This document shows, in pieces, positions 22,327 to 31,217 of a DNA stretch of 64,000 bases. The DNA lies in the sequence record KT919973.1; one strand, given 5' to 3'. The notes under the pieces were generated by a model. That model ran no database searches and was not told the DNA's origin. It was given only the letters and a program-made list of their open reading frames with translations. Every line of letters begins with the position of its first letter. The first letter of the stretch is position 1. Made by a program: the position numbers and the translations under genes.

Positions 22327-22494
22327 ATGAGCTTAGAAACAATGGTAGCAGCGGCACGAGACGGTAAATTGGCAGATTTTGAATCTCAATTTCGCCAAGA
22401 AATCGGTCAGCGTGTAGCGGCGCGTATTGACGACATGAAGCAAGAACTTGGTCGTTCAATTACAGTAGACGGTGAAATCAATCAGGAGGACTAA
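22327..22494 (+). CDS. 67: Prohead core protein gp67 (55 aa, below ORF-track cutoff)
   Basis: Hand translation MSLETMVAAARDGKLADFESQFRQEIGQRVAARIDDMKQELGRSITVDGEINQED; GAGG SD; sits between genes 20 and 68. Confidence 0.75.
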   Translation: MSLETMVAAARDGKLADFESQFRQEIGQRVAARIDDMKQELGRSITVDGEINQED

Positions 22495-22986
22495 ATGAAG
22501 TTCATTTCCGAAGCCGTTCAAGAGAAAATCGTCGAAGATTTGGTAGAAGCAGTTCTTGGTGGTCAGTTAGATCGCCAAGATATCAGCGACACTATCAAAG
22601 CGTTTGCTGAAGCTGAAGATATCGGCGTTCACAGCAATAAAGACATCACGAACGAAGTTGAAGTTGTACTTGACGTGCTAAGTTCTCTTGAAGACGGGTT
22701 ATCAATCGATGAAGCGTGTGAAAAATTCGAACTTTCCGAAAAGCTAGTTAAGCAAGTTTCTATTGCTAACAAAAAAGCTGGCGGTAGTTTAATTACGAAG
22801 CGCAAAGACCGAAAAACCAGAGCGCGAAAAGCGACTCAAACAACTGGTCTAAGTAAATCGAAGAGACAAAAAACAGCGCGAAAAGCGGCTAAAACACGCA
22901 AGCGTATGAAAGGCACTAGTGCAGATCGTAAAGCAAAAAAATTGCGTAAGAAGTCGATGAAGAAGCGTCAACAAATGGGGCTTTAA
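22495..22986 (+). CDS. 68: Prohead core protein gp68
   Basis: Acidic N-half, very basic C-half (RARKATQTTGLSKSKRQ); synteny. Confidence 0.85.
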   Translation: MKFISEAVQEKIVEDLVEAVLGGQLDRQDISDTIKAFAEAEDIGVHSNKDITNEVEVVLDVLSSLEDGLSIDEACEKFELSEKLVKQVSIANKKAGGSLITKRKDRKTRARKATQTTGLSKSKRQKTARKAAKTRKRMKGTSADRKAKKLRKKSMKKRQQMGL

Positions 22987-22988
22987 TT

Positions 22989-23630
22989 ATGGAATTACAA
23001 CTCTTAATTGAAGACTGGGGTTTATCTAGCGGTTGCGCTGATAGCTTCGGTGAAAAGCCTCTTGTTGAAGCGAAAATGCCCACGGAAAAGGGCGGTGACT
23101 TGTACATCGAAGGTATTTTCATGCAATCGAATGTCGTAAACCGTAATGGTCGTCGATACCCGAAAAAAGTCATGGAAAATGCTGTATCTAAATACATGAA
23201 AGAACAAGTCAACACGAATCAAGCGTTGGGCGAGCTTAATCACCCAAGTCGTTCAAACGTTGACCCCGCTGAAGCTGCGATTCGAATTACTGAGTTGTGG
23301 TGGGACGGCGATAACGTAATGGGTAAAGCTATCGTACTAAATACACCGAAGGGACAAATAGTTCGAGGTCTGATCGAAGGTGGTTGGGTACCGGGCGTGA
23401 GTTCAAGAGGTCTTGGTTCAGTTAAGCAAGTTGACGGCATCAACGAAGTGCAAGATTTCCGTCTTACAGTAGGCGTTGATGTAGTGTGGGGTCCTAGTGC
23501 ACCTGCTGCTTACGTTAAACCAGTAACTGAGTCAAATGAAGCTGCTAAGTCAGTAAAAACAGAAGAAATTACAGAAAGTAATGACGCTGAATTTGCGAAA
23601 CTAGCGGAAACGTTAAAAACTCTCTTATAA
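22989..23630 (+). CDS. 21: Prohead protease gp21
   Basis: LYIEGIFMQ..VVNRNGRRYP, ALGELNHP, GVSSRGLGS, DVVWGPSAP. Confidence 0.95.
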   Translation: MELQLLIEDWGLSSGCADSFGEKPLVEAKMPTEKGGDLYIEGIFMQSNVVNRNGRRYPKKVMENAVSKYMKEQVNTNQALGELNHPSRSNVDPAEAAIRITELWWDGDNVMGKAIVLNTPKGQIVRGLIEGGWVPGVSSRGLGSVKQVDGINEVQDFRLTVGVDVVWGPSAPAAYVKPVTESNEAAKSVKTEEITESNDAEFAKLAETLKTLL

Positions 23631-23633
23631 ATA
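23626..23633 (+). promoter_or_regulatory. Late promoter for gp22
   Basis: TATAAATA overlapping the gp21 stop. Confidence 0.8.
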
Positions 23634-23662
23634 TATAAAACATATTTAAGGAATTGAAGAAG

Positions 23663-24511
23663 ATGCAAATCAAAGAGCAACTACTTGAAGCTGTATCGCA
23701 AGACGATGCAAAAATCACTACTGCTTTGGATGGCATTTTTGAATCAGTTGAACTTTCCGAAGATGTTCGTAATAAGTTCAGCACTGTTTTCGAAAGTGTA
23801 ATCAAAACTAAAGCCGTTGAGCTTGCTGAAGCACATATCGCTGAAGCTGCTGAAAAGGCAGAAGCAGTAATCAACGAACACAAAGCAGAGCTTGATGAAG
23901 CCGCTGAAAAATACGGTGAACATCTAGCAGAGCAAATGTCGAATAAACTAGATTCATATCTAGACCACGTTGTTGAAACATGGATGACTGAAAACAAACT
24001 AGCTGTTGAAAACGGTCTAAAAGTTTCAATGTTCGACGGGTTGATGGAAGGCATGAAGAATGTATTCATTGAGAACAACGTTCACTGCCCAGACGAGAAG
24101 ATCGACATGATCGAAGCTCTTGAAGAAAACATTCAAGATCTTGAAGGTCGTCTAGATACAGTTGTTATCGAGAACCGTCAACACAAAGAATACGCTAACT
24201 ACGTAGAAAAAAATATCATCATCGAGCGCGTGACTGCTGGTATGGCTGACTCTCAAAAAGAGAAAGTTTCTGACCTAGCTGAATCAATTCGCTTCGACGA
24301 GAACTTTGAAGACAATCTAAATAGTGTTATCAAGTTCGCATCAGGCATCAAACTTGCTGAAAAAGAAGATATGCCAAGTGATGACGACAAAAAACCGGCT
24401 GATAAAAAAGACGGTGAAGACGACGCTGACAAGAAAGACGACAAAGATATGAAAGAATCCGCAGTACCATCTATGGCTGCATACTTGAAAGCTGCTCGTA
24501 CTAATCGATAA
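23663..24511 (+). CDS. 22: Prohead scaffold protein gp22
   Basis: Acidic helical protein, YLDHVVETWMTENKLAVENG motif; ATG 23663 fits the AAGGA SD better than TTG 23654. Confidence 0.92.
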   Translation: MQIKEQLLEAVSQDDAKITTALDGIFESVELSEDVRNKFSTVFESVIKTKAVELAEAHIAEAAEKAEAVINEHKAELDEAAEKYGEHLAEQMSNKLDSYLDHVVETWMTENKLAVENGLKVSMFDGLMEGMKNVFIENNVHCPDEKIDMIEALEENIQDLEGRLDTVVIENRQHKEYANYVEKNIIIERVTAGMADSQKEKVSDLAESIRFDENFEDNLNSVIKFASGIKLAEKEDMPSDDDKKPADKKDGEDDADKKDDKDMKESAVPSMAAYLKAARTNR

Positions 24512-24535
24512 GCAATAAAACGTCAAAAAGCGTTA

Positions 24536-24543
24536 TATAAATA
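24536..24543 (+). promoter_or_regulatory. Late promoter for gp23
   Basis: TATAAATA. Confidence 0.85.
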
Positions 24544-24581
24544 CATCTATAAATTTTAGAACAAATTAAGGAATCATTCAA

Positions 24582-26126
24582 ATGAACCTAACTGAAAAAT
24601 GGAAAGAATTGCTTGAAGCAGACGGTGCGGAAATGCCAGAGATTGCGACTGCAACTAAGCAAAAAATCATGTCGAAAATCTTTGAAAACCAAGATCGCGA
24701 CATCAACAACGATCCAATGTACCGTGACCCACAGCTAATCGAAGCATTCAATGCTGGTCTAAACGAAGCTGTAGTTAACGGTGACCATGGTTACGATCCG
24801 TCTAACATCGCTCAAGGTGTTACTACTGGTGCAGTAACAAACATCGGTCCAACTGTAATGGGTATGGTTCGTCGTGCTATTCCTCAGCTTATCGCATTCG
24901 ATATCGCTGGTGTTCAGCCAATGACTGGCCCAACTAGCCAAGTATTCACACTTCGCTCAGTATACGGTAAAGACCCGCTAACTGGTAAAGAAGCTTTCCA
25001 CCCGACTCGTCAAGCTGACGCTTCGTTCTCTGGTCAAGCTGCTGCATCAACAATTGCAGATTTCCCAACTACTGGTGCTGCAACTGACGGTACTCCGTAC
25101 AAAGCTGAAGTAACTACTTCTGGTGGCGACGTTGACACTCGTTACTTCCTAGCACTTGGCGCTGTTACTCTAGCAGTTGCAGGTGAAATGACTGCTACAG
25201 AATACACTGACGCAGTTGCAGGTGGTCTTCTAGTTGAGATCGACGCTGGTATGGCAACATCTCAGGCTGAACTACAAGAGAACTTCAACGGTTCAAGCAA
25301 CAACGAGTGGAACGAGATGTCATTCCGCATCGACAAACAAGTTGTTGAGGCGAAATCACGTCAATTGAAAGCTCAATACTCAATCGAGCTTGCACAAGAT
25401 CTACGTGCTGTACACGGTCTAGACGCTGACGCTGAACTTAGCGGTATTCTTGCTAACGAAGTTATGGTTGAGCTTAACCGCGAAATCGTTAACCTAGTTA
25501 ACTCTCAAGCGCAAATCGGTAAGTCTGGTTGGACTCAAGGTCAAGGCGCAGCGGGTGTATTCGACTTCGCAGACGCTGTAGACGTTAAAGGTGCTCGTTG
25601 GGCTGGTGAAGCTTACAAAGCTCTACTAATTCAAATTGAGAAAGAAGCGAACGAAATCGGTCGTCAAACTGGTCGTGGTAACGGTAACTTCATCATTGCA
25701 TCACGCAACGTAGTTTCTGCACTATCAATGACTGATACTCTTGTTGGCCCTGCTGCACAAGGTATGCAAGACGGTTCAATGAACACTGACACAAATCAAA
25801 CTGTGTTCGCGGGTGTTCTAGGTGGTCGCTTCAAAGTGTTCATCGACCAATACGCAGTGAACGATTACTTCACAGTTGGTTTCAAAGGTTCTACTGAAAT
25901 GGACGCAGGTGTGTTCTACTCACCATACGTACCGCTGACTCCACTACGTGGTTCAGACAGCAAGAACTTCCAACCTGTAATTGGTTTCAAAACTCGTTAC
26001 GGTATTCAAGTTAACCCATTCGCAGATCCTACTAAGTCTGCTGAAAAAGTTGGTAACGGCGCGCCTGTTGCAGCTTCAATGGGTAAAAACGCTTACTTCC
26101 GTCGTGTATTCGTTAAGGGTCTATAA
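24582..26126 (+). CDS. 23: Major capsid protein gp23
   Basis: MVRRAIPQLIAFDIAGVQPMTGPTSQVF, KSRQLKAQYSIELAQDLRAVHG, PVIGFKTRYG; LNE/A propeptide cleavage site; KVP40-like by recall. Confidence 0.98.
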   Translation: MNLTEKWKELLEADGAEMPEIATATKQKIMSKIFENQDRDINNDPMYRDPQLIEAFNAGLNEAVVNGDHGYDPSNIAQGVTTGAVTNIGPTVMGMVRRAIPQLIAFDIAGVQPMTGPTSQVFTLRSVYGKDPLTGKEAFHPTRQADASFSGQAAASTIADFPTTGAATDGTPYKAEVTTSGGDVDTRYFLALGAVTLAVAGEMTATEYTDAVAGGLLVEIDAGMATSQAELQENFNGSSNNEWNEMSFRIDKQVVEAKSRQLKAQYSIELAQDLRAVHGLDADAELSGILANEVMVELNREIVNLVNSQAQIGKSGWTQGQGAAGVFDFADAVDVKGARWAGEAYKALLIQIEKEANEIGRQTGRGNGNFIIASRNVVSALSMTDTLVGPAAQGMQDGSMNTDTNQTVFAGVLGGRFKVFIDQYAVNDYFTVGFKGSTEMDAGVFYSPYVPLTPLRGSDSKNFQPVIGFKTRYGIQVNPFADPTKSAEKVGNGAPVAASMGKNAYFRRVFVKGL

Positions 26127-26152
26127 TAGACTCTTAAATTGAAACAGACAAC

Positions 26153-26179
26153 AAAAGGGACTCTTCGGAGTCCCTTTTT
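26153..26179. terminator. Bidirectional terminator between gp23 and cca
   Basis: AAAAGGGACTC-TTCG-GAGTCCCTTTT. Confidence 0.9.
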
Positions 26180-26183
26180 GCGT

Positions 26184-27281
26184 TTATAGACTATGCAAAT
26201 ATTTGTAGGCTATATTAACACGTTCATCTGTTAGAGCTTCGCCGTATGCTGGACCCGGTTCAACGTCAACTTTGACATTTCGAGTCAAGTCGATTATTTC
26301 AGTGATTACATTTCGTTTAACTTCATCTGTTATCTGGGAAAGTGCAACTTGAAATGGTAGATGTCCTTTGTATGCGCCTATTTTCTCAAGAATTAAAATG
26401 ATTGTTTCATCGAATACACTTGCATATTCCAGCTCCATTAGCATCTGAGATGCCTTTCTGAATTGCTTAGTTTCACCGAAGTATGAGCCGAAACGTTGGC
26501 GGCGGTTTAACGCAGCCCATTTTGCCATCAACTGAACATCTTCACAGTGAAACGCCATTCGTCTGAAGTGTCGAAGCGATTGAAGCTCATGTACAGTTGG
26601 TCTCGGTGAGAACCCAACCTGACTTAGAAACACAAAGTACATGTGCGCGTCTTTCTCTGATAGTGCTTTTTGAGTCTCTAACCAAACACGTTCTTTCGGT
26701 AGATTGTCAAGCATACCGTTATTGATCATTTTCTTGCATAGCTCAATCGTTTCTTCTGCGACTGTAAATCCCATGCTGTAGTATCGAGCATAGAAACGAG
26801 CGACGCGCAGAACACGTAACGGGTCTTCGGCAAACGCTTCAGTTGTATGACGAAGAATCTTGTTCTTCAAGTCATCTAGACCGCCGTACGGGTCAATGAC
26901 ATCATCAGTCGAACCAAACATAAACAGACTATTTGGCGTCATGTCAGGTATAGCCATTGAGTTGATAGTCAGATCTCGTCGTGATAAGTCATCTTCTAAC
27001 GTGACACCTTCAGTTGTGAAAGTGAAGTCAGTGGTTTTACCGCCAGTGCTACGCTCTACACGAGCAAGCGCGACTTCATTGTTGTCTTTATCGAGCCAAA
27101 CAGGGAAATCAACGCCGATTGGTTCACCGTACATAGACATCATTTGTTCGTGTGTACAACCCGTGACGACGTAATCAATATCTTTCGGGAAGCTAGACCA
27201 ACCATCTACGTGCTTCAGTATGGAGTCGCGTACTGCACCCCCGACAATGTATTTTTGCATCAAGTTCATTTTCGCTTTCAT
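26184..27281 (-). CDS. cca: tRNA nucleotidyltransferase (CCA-adding enzyme, class II)
   Basis: YIVGGAVRDSIL, DIDYVV, DLSRRDLTINSMA, FAEDPLRVLRVARF, LPKERVWLE; ATG 27281 has GGAG SD. Confidence 0.92.
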   Translation of the reverse strand: MKAKMNLMQKYIVGGAVRDSILKHVDGWSSFPKDIDYVVTGCTHEQMMSMYGEPIGVDFPVWLDKDNNEVALARVERSTGGKTTDFTFTTEGVTLEDDLSRRDLTINSMAIPDMTPNSLFMFGSTDDVIDPYGGLDDLKNKILRHTTEAFAEDPLRVLRVARFYARYYSMGFTVAEETIELCKKMINNGMLDNLPKERVWLETQKALSEKDAHMYFVFLSQVGFSPRPTVHELQSLRHFRRMAFHCEDVQLMAKWAALNRRQRFGSYFGETKQFRKASQMLMELEYASVFDETIILILEKIGAYKGHLPFQVALSQITDEVKRNVITEIIDLTRNVKVDVEPGPAYGEALTDERVNIAYKYLHSL

Positions 27282-27305
27282 TTTTATTCTCCAATGTGAA
27301 CCTAT

Positions 27306-27351
27306 ACTGTACAAGACTAAATAATATAAGTCAACCTGTCTAAATATAAAC
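27306..27351. promoter_or_regulatory. Back-to-back promoters: sigma70-type leftward for cca, late-type rightward for inh
   Basis: Minus strand TTGACT-N17-TACAGT (27334..27306) and GTTTAT-N17-TATATT (27351..27323); plus strand ACTAAATA 27316-23 and TCTAAATA 27339-46. Confidence 0.55.
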
Positions 27352-27376
27352 GAATGATTAAATTTGGAGATTCACA

Positions 27377-27874
27377 ATGAGTCAATTGAAAAAACACGCA
27401 GAGTCGTTAACTAAAGAAAAACTAGACGAGTTTGCAAAAGAATATTACGGCATCGAACTTGACCGTCGTAAATCAAAAGGCGCAATGGCTAAGAAGCTTG
27501 TAGAAGAAGCTGAAGGTAAAACGCCATTGAAACAACTACCATGGGAAGAACTTCTTGTAGAGACGAAAGATGAAACCAAAGAAATTAAAGAAATTTCTGA
27601 AGTGAAAACTGAAGTCGTTGATAAAGTAGAACTACCAATCGATGAATCATTTGAACCAATGCCATTGCCATTCCGTCGTGGTCGTGAATTTTTCATGACT
27701 GCTTCTGATAGCGCGGTTACATCTGCGGAAGCTATTATCGCAGGGGATGGTTCGCTTGATGATGTACTTGCATCAGATCTTCGCGTAGTTAAATCAATCT
27801 TGCATTATGTCGAGAAAGACGGCAAGGTGCTAGTGCGTGAAACTCGCAATAGTCAATTCATCACAATTAAATAG
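27377..27874 (+). CDS. inh: Inhibitor of prohead protease Inh
   Basis: C-terminus ILHYVEKDGKVLVRETRNSQFITIK matches T4 Inh C-terminus by recall; LDEFAKEYYGIEL N-terminus. Confidence 0.85.
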   Translation: MSQLKKHAESLTKEKLDEFAKEYYGIELDRRKSKGAMAKKLVEEAEGKTPLKQLPWEELLVETKDETKEIKEISEVKTEVVDKVELPIDESFEPMPLPFRRGREFFMTASDSAVTSAEAIIAGDGSLDDVLASDLRVVKSILHYVEKDGKVLVRETRNSQFITIK

Positions 27875-27882
27875 GAACTGAA

Positions 27883-28221
27883 ATGACAACACCAATCTAT
27901 ACTGATATGAACCTTGCAGTCGAACTTGATGATGCGACTGTAGCAGCGGCAGACGCTGCGAAAAGTGGGTATGATGATGTAACAACGTCTGTGCTTAATC
28001 ACTCAGGCGAATCTTACATTATCGTAGACAAGCAAACTTATGAAGAGCTTAAAGCTGCGATTGAAACTGCTAGTCCGTTGAGTTCAATTACTGGTCTGTC
28101 TCAAGAATGCGTTGACATTCTTGCAGGCGCGGTTGATTCAACAACTACACTTTGCAGAGAACATACCAATAGCCGATTCTTCCGAATCGCGTGGACTGTT
28201 ACTACACCTGCTCCCGAATAA
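27883..28221 (+). CDS. Hypothetical protein co-transcribed with inh
   Basis: 112 aa ORF, AGGA SD, followed by a terminator. Confidence 0.6.
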   Translation: MTTPIYTDMNLAVELDDATVAAADAAKSGYDDVTTSVLNHSGESYIIVDKQTYEELKAAIETASPLSSITGLSQECVDILAGAVDSTTTLCREHTNSRFFRIAWTVTTPAPE

Positions 28222-28249
28222 AAAAAGCCCGCACTTAGCGGGCTTTTTT
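28221..28249. terminator. Bidirectional terminator
   Basis: AAAAAAGCCCGC-ACTTA-GCGGGCTTTTTT between convergent genes. Confidence 0.88.
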
Positions 28250-28277
28250 GTGTCTCTAAATCGAGCTGTATGCGTTT

Positions 28278-29450
28278 CTAAGCGACGAACGCTACACGCT
28301 GTACGATTGTCTGTTTTTCGTCGCGAAACTCTTCGTGCGCTTTTACAGTCGCTTTTACAGTTACTGAAACGCCTTTCTCAATCGCTTCGCCGTCGTTATC
28401 ACGTAGACGCTTTGAACCAAACCACACGATTAGATTGTTTTGTTCATCGCGAAACTTGTGAATGAACGTGTCACCGTAGTAGCCTTCAGAAACGATAACC
28501 GCTTCAAGAGTGACATTAAAGTTCTCGCGTTTTTTGATAGTACCGACGTACTCAGATTCTGGCAAATCTGCTTCGCGTTTAGCTAGAATCACGCGCTCTT
28601 TTGCTTTGTTGAAAGCTAAGATAGCCGCTGCAATGTAACCAGTTTGTTTGTACTCGATGAATGGTGCAGAACAAGACGCGATGACGTTATGCATGAAATC
28701 GTTAGTCGCTTCTTGAGTTGCAACCCATTCTAAAATCTCTTTTGCTTGCTCTTCACAATTGTCGTAATCATATTCATCTAACATTGCATCGCGTTCGGTA
28801 CGAAGTGCAGGTGTACCTGCATTAATCATGTCAAGAACCCATTGACGAGTCACACCGCCACCGTGATAACAACCTTTGTGTTCAACATACATAGCAGCCC
28901 AAGCAAGAATCTGAAGCGCGTTATATGAAATTTTACGAGAACCACCACCCCAAGACTCTTCATCACCGAAATCAGCGATTGCAGTGTAGAACGTCGCTAG
29001 TGAGTCGATAGATTTAGTCGGCAAGTAGTATTTCAAGCATGAACCACCGACGCGCATTTCTTCTTTAGTCTCTTCATTCTGAATGACGTAAGTTACATTG
29101 CGTTGACGATTAGAGTTACAGTGATCGCATGTTGTGTCGCCTAGAAGATGACGGTGATTTGTTTCGTTGTTTGAACGAATAAGATTTGTCGCGTGGTCAA
29201 GTTGAGTCAAGAAAGACCAACCTTTAGTTGACGGGTATTCACCGAGAATAGTAACATCAACGTAGTATTCACGATGCTTTTGGTGATTGATAATAATGAC
29301 TTTTGAGTACACTTCACCGAACTCAAATGTAATTTCAGCAACACCGAGACGTTTTGCAATCTTGTTAGTAGATGCAATACGCGCTTCAAACTCGCTCATG
29401 TAGATTGATTTGATTGTGTAAGTGTTTTCGAATTTGTTTAGTGAAGTCAT
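28278..29450 (-). CDS. Hypothetical protein with Cys cluster (CDHC...C) and C-terminal OB-fold-like region
   Basis: 390 aa; own early-type promoter; C-terminal YVG..K.R...WFGS...ATVKAHEEF..EKQT pattern. Confidence 0.6.
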   Translation of the reverse strand: MTSLNKFENTYTIKSIYMSEFEARIASTNKIAKRLGVAEITFEFGEVYSKVIIINHQKHREYYVDVTILGEYPSTKGWSFLTQLDHATNLIRSNNETNHRHLLGDTTCDHCNSNRQRNVTYVIQNEETKEEMRVGGSCLKYYLPTKSIDSLATFYTAIADFGDEESWGGGSRKISYNALQILAWAAMYVEHKGCYHGGGVTRQWVLDMINAGTPALRTERDAMLDEYDYDNCEEQAKEILEWVATQEATNDFMHNVIASCSAPFIEYKQTGYIAAAILAFNKAKERVILAKREADLPESEYVGTIKKRENFNVTLEAVIVSEGYYGDTFIHKFRDEQNNLIVWFGSKRLRDNDGEAIEKGVSVTVKATVKAHEEFRDEKQTIVQRVAFVA

Positions 29451-29492
29451 AATGTTCTCTCTTGTAATGGACGATTCGTTTCGTTGATAGAG

Positions 29493-29521
29493 ATATTACG
29501 GCTTTTTGGTGTTGTCGTCAA
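29493..29521 (-). promoter_or_regulatory. Early sigma70-type promoter
   Basis: ggTTGACG-N17-TAATAT; leader ends GAGAGAACATT-ATG. Confidence 0.75.
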
Positions 29522-29615
29522 CCAATAGATACAAAAAAAGCGCAAAAATGCGCTTTTTAATTATCAAGCAGGTACGAAATCTGCTGAATTCATGAAAATC
29601 TTGAAATGTTTTCAT
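29496..29615 (-). pseudogene. Stub ORF: capsid-targeting-like leader with no evident payload
   Basis: GAGAG SD then MKTFQDFHE (T4 IP leader MKTYQEFIAE-like); the remaining 30 codons run through a terminator and the next promoter. Confidence 0.55.
29533..29558 (-). terminator. Terminator ending the 31139-29623 late operon
   Basis: AAAAAGCGCA-TTTT-TGCGCTTTTTTT on the minus strand. Confidence 0.75.
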
Positions 29616-29622
29616 TGCTCTC

Positions 29623-30543
29623 TTATTTTCTAATGAAATATGTTTTAGTCGAGACTTTCCCTTCGACCGTTTTATATGTGTAATTCGGTAATGTATCAGC
29701 ATATCGTTTTACTAAACGATTGTATAGTTTTATTCTCGAATCACTGTCGTTTTTTATATCTCGCTCTGCACTGAAATAAATTGTTTCTGGCTCTCGCTCG
29801 TCTATAAATTCACGCATACCGCTCATTACTGTCGCAAACACACCATACATATTGCCTCGACCTGTTGCGCTGTAAGTATAATCACCCGAACTGTTCATAC
29901 CTAAGAACACAAGTTCCCATGCATCGTTTTGTTCTTGATACTGTATTGCAATCGCGTATTCGTCCCCGTTTACCGTGAACGTACCACCCCAACTGTGAAT
30001 TCTCTTCTCAACCCAGTGTATTTTAGATGGTCGGTCAAATGCCTCAGTCAAGTTAACTGAAGATAACCATTCACGCCATGTCTTCTTATTACCGATCTTG
30101 GCAAATGGGATATCGTCATGATCTAGCCACTGAGCCGAGCGGTCATATGACTGAGAAGTATCAAACCCTCTATAATCATCACCAACCCACAACCATTTGT
30201 GATGCCATATTTGGTTTACTTGACGTGGTTTGGAAACAACACCGTCTCTATAAGTAATCATCATACCCGCGGCTGGTTCTTGTACAGTATCAAATTCAAC
30301 TGAATCGTAGAAGGCAACTCCACCTTTCTTGTAGTCAATTCGTACTACATTCGGAGTAAATTGTGGGTTTGCAATTGATACTTGAGTACGAGCATCAGCA
30401 ACCATTTGCTTGAACTCATCTGGTATATAGTCAATGTGAACATATAATGAACCGCCAATGTCTTTACCCACGCCCCACTTGCTGCGTTTTACTGCACTAC
30501 CTTTTCGAGTTTTCAATGTAGCGCGTTCAAAAATTATGCTCAT
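29623..30543 (-). CDS. Two-domain putative internal head protein; N-domain resembles the accessory domain of phosphorothioation-associated methyltransferases
   Basis: Late operon; MSIIFE leader and internal NLTE/A site; motif order VGK...LYVH / NVVRI / F...P / IWHHK / IG.K..W..L. Confidence 0.5.
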   Translation of the reverse strand: MSIIFERATLKTRKGSAVKRSKWGVGKDIGGSLYVHIDYIPDEFKQMVADARTQVSIANPQFTPNVVRIDYKKGGVAFYDSVEFDTVQEPAAGMMITYRDGVVSKPRQVNQIWHHKWLWVGDDYRGFDTSQSYDRSAQWLDHDDIPFAKIGNKKTWREWLSSVNLTEAFDRPSKIHWVEKRIHSWGGTFTVNGDEYAIAIQYQEQNDAWELVFLGMNSSGDYTYSATGRGNMYGVFATVMSGMREFIDEREPETIYFSAERDIKNDSDSRIKLYNRLVKRYADTLPNYTYKTVEGKVSTKTYFIRK

Positions 30544-30545
30544 TA

Positions 30546-31139
30546 TTACCTCGTTGCTGCGTTTGTAATATTGCGAATCATACGAATTGCGTATTCAGTA
30601 TCGCCAGTCATAGCCGATGACGCTGCTTTATCGACGTAAAATGTGCTATCTTCAATCATGTTCAAGTGATGGTAAATCTCACGAAAATCATGACGGTCGT
30701 ATTCTTTCACATTAAAACGAAACGCACCTGCCTTCTTATCTTCGTCATGAACACGCTTGTATTCATCTACGACACGAATCATTTCGGTTGCGTATTTCTT
30801 CATTTCCATGTTATCAAGCTTTAAACGCTTTGCAGCTTTCATTACTTCGTCACGAGGACGTTCAAGCTCGATTACGTCTTTAAGAACATTCAGACTGTGA
30901 ATTGTGTTCACTGCTGCACGCTCCATTCTTAGCTTATGGTCTTCTAGTGACTTATTGTGCTTTCTAAGTTCACCCGATGCTGTCGCACTCGCGATCAAAC
31001 CTGCAAACACACCCCAGAAGCCACCTTTGCGCTGCATACGCTTTTTAACTTCACCTTTCGAACCCGATGTTGCTGCTTTAAATTGAGCCCATCTACCGGT
31101 TTGTTTAGCTTTGTCCATTTCTGTTAAAAATTCTATCAT
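30546..31139 (-). CDS. Putative internal head protein (helical, one hydrophobic segment)
   Basis: First gene after late promoter; N-terminus MIEFLTE resembles the EFIAE capsid-targeting signal; GGFWGVFAGLIA segment. Confidence 0.55.
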   Translation of the reverse strand: MIEFLTEMDKAKQTGRWAQFKAATSGSKGEVKKRMQRKGGFWGVFAGLIASATASGELRKHNKSLEDHKLRMERAAVNTIHSLNVLKDVIELERPRDEVMKAAKRLKLDNMEMKKYATEMIRVVDEYKRVHDEDKKAGAFRFNVKEYDRHDFREIYHHLNMIEDSTFYVDKAASSAMTGDTEYAIRMIRNITNAATR

Positions 31140-31161
31140 TGTTAACCCCTTTGTTTACTAT

Positions 31162-31169
31162 TATTTAGA
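31162..31169 (-). promoter_or_regulatory. Late promoter variant
   Basis: TCTAAATA on the minus strand, 22 nt before the ATG at 31139, right after a terminator. Confidence 0.7.
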
Positions 31170-31177
31170 CGCAAACG

Positions 31178-31205
31178 AAAAAAGGGCGACCGAAGTCACC
31201 CTTTT
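31178..31205 (-). terminator. Rho-independent terminator
   Basis: AAAAGGGTGAC-TTCG-GTCGCCCTTTTTT on the minus strand. Confidence 0.88.
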
Positions 31206-31217
31206 AAATTGGTTAAT

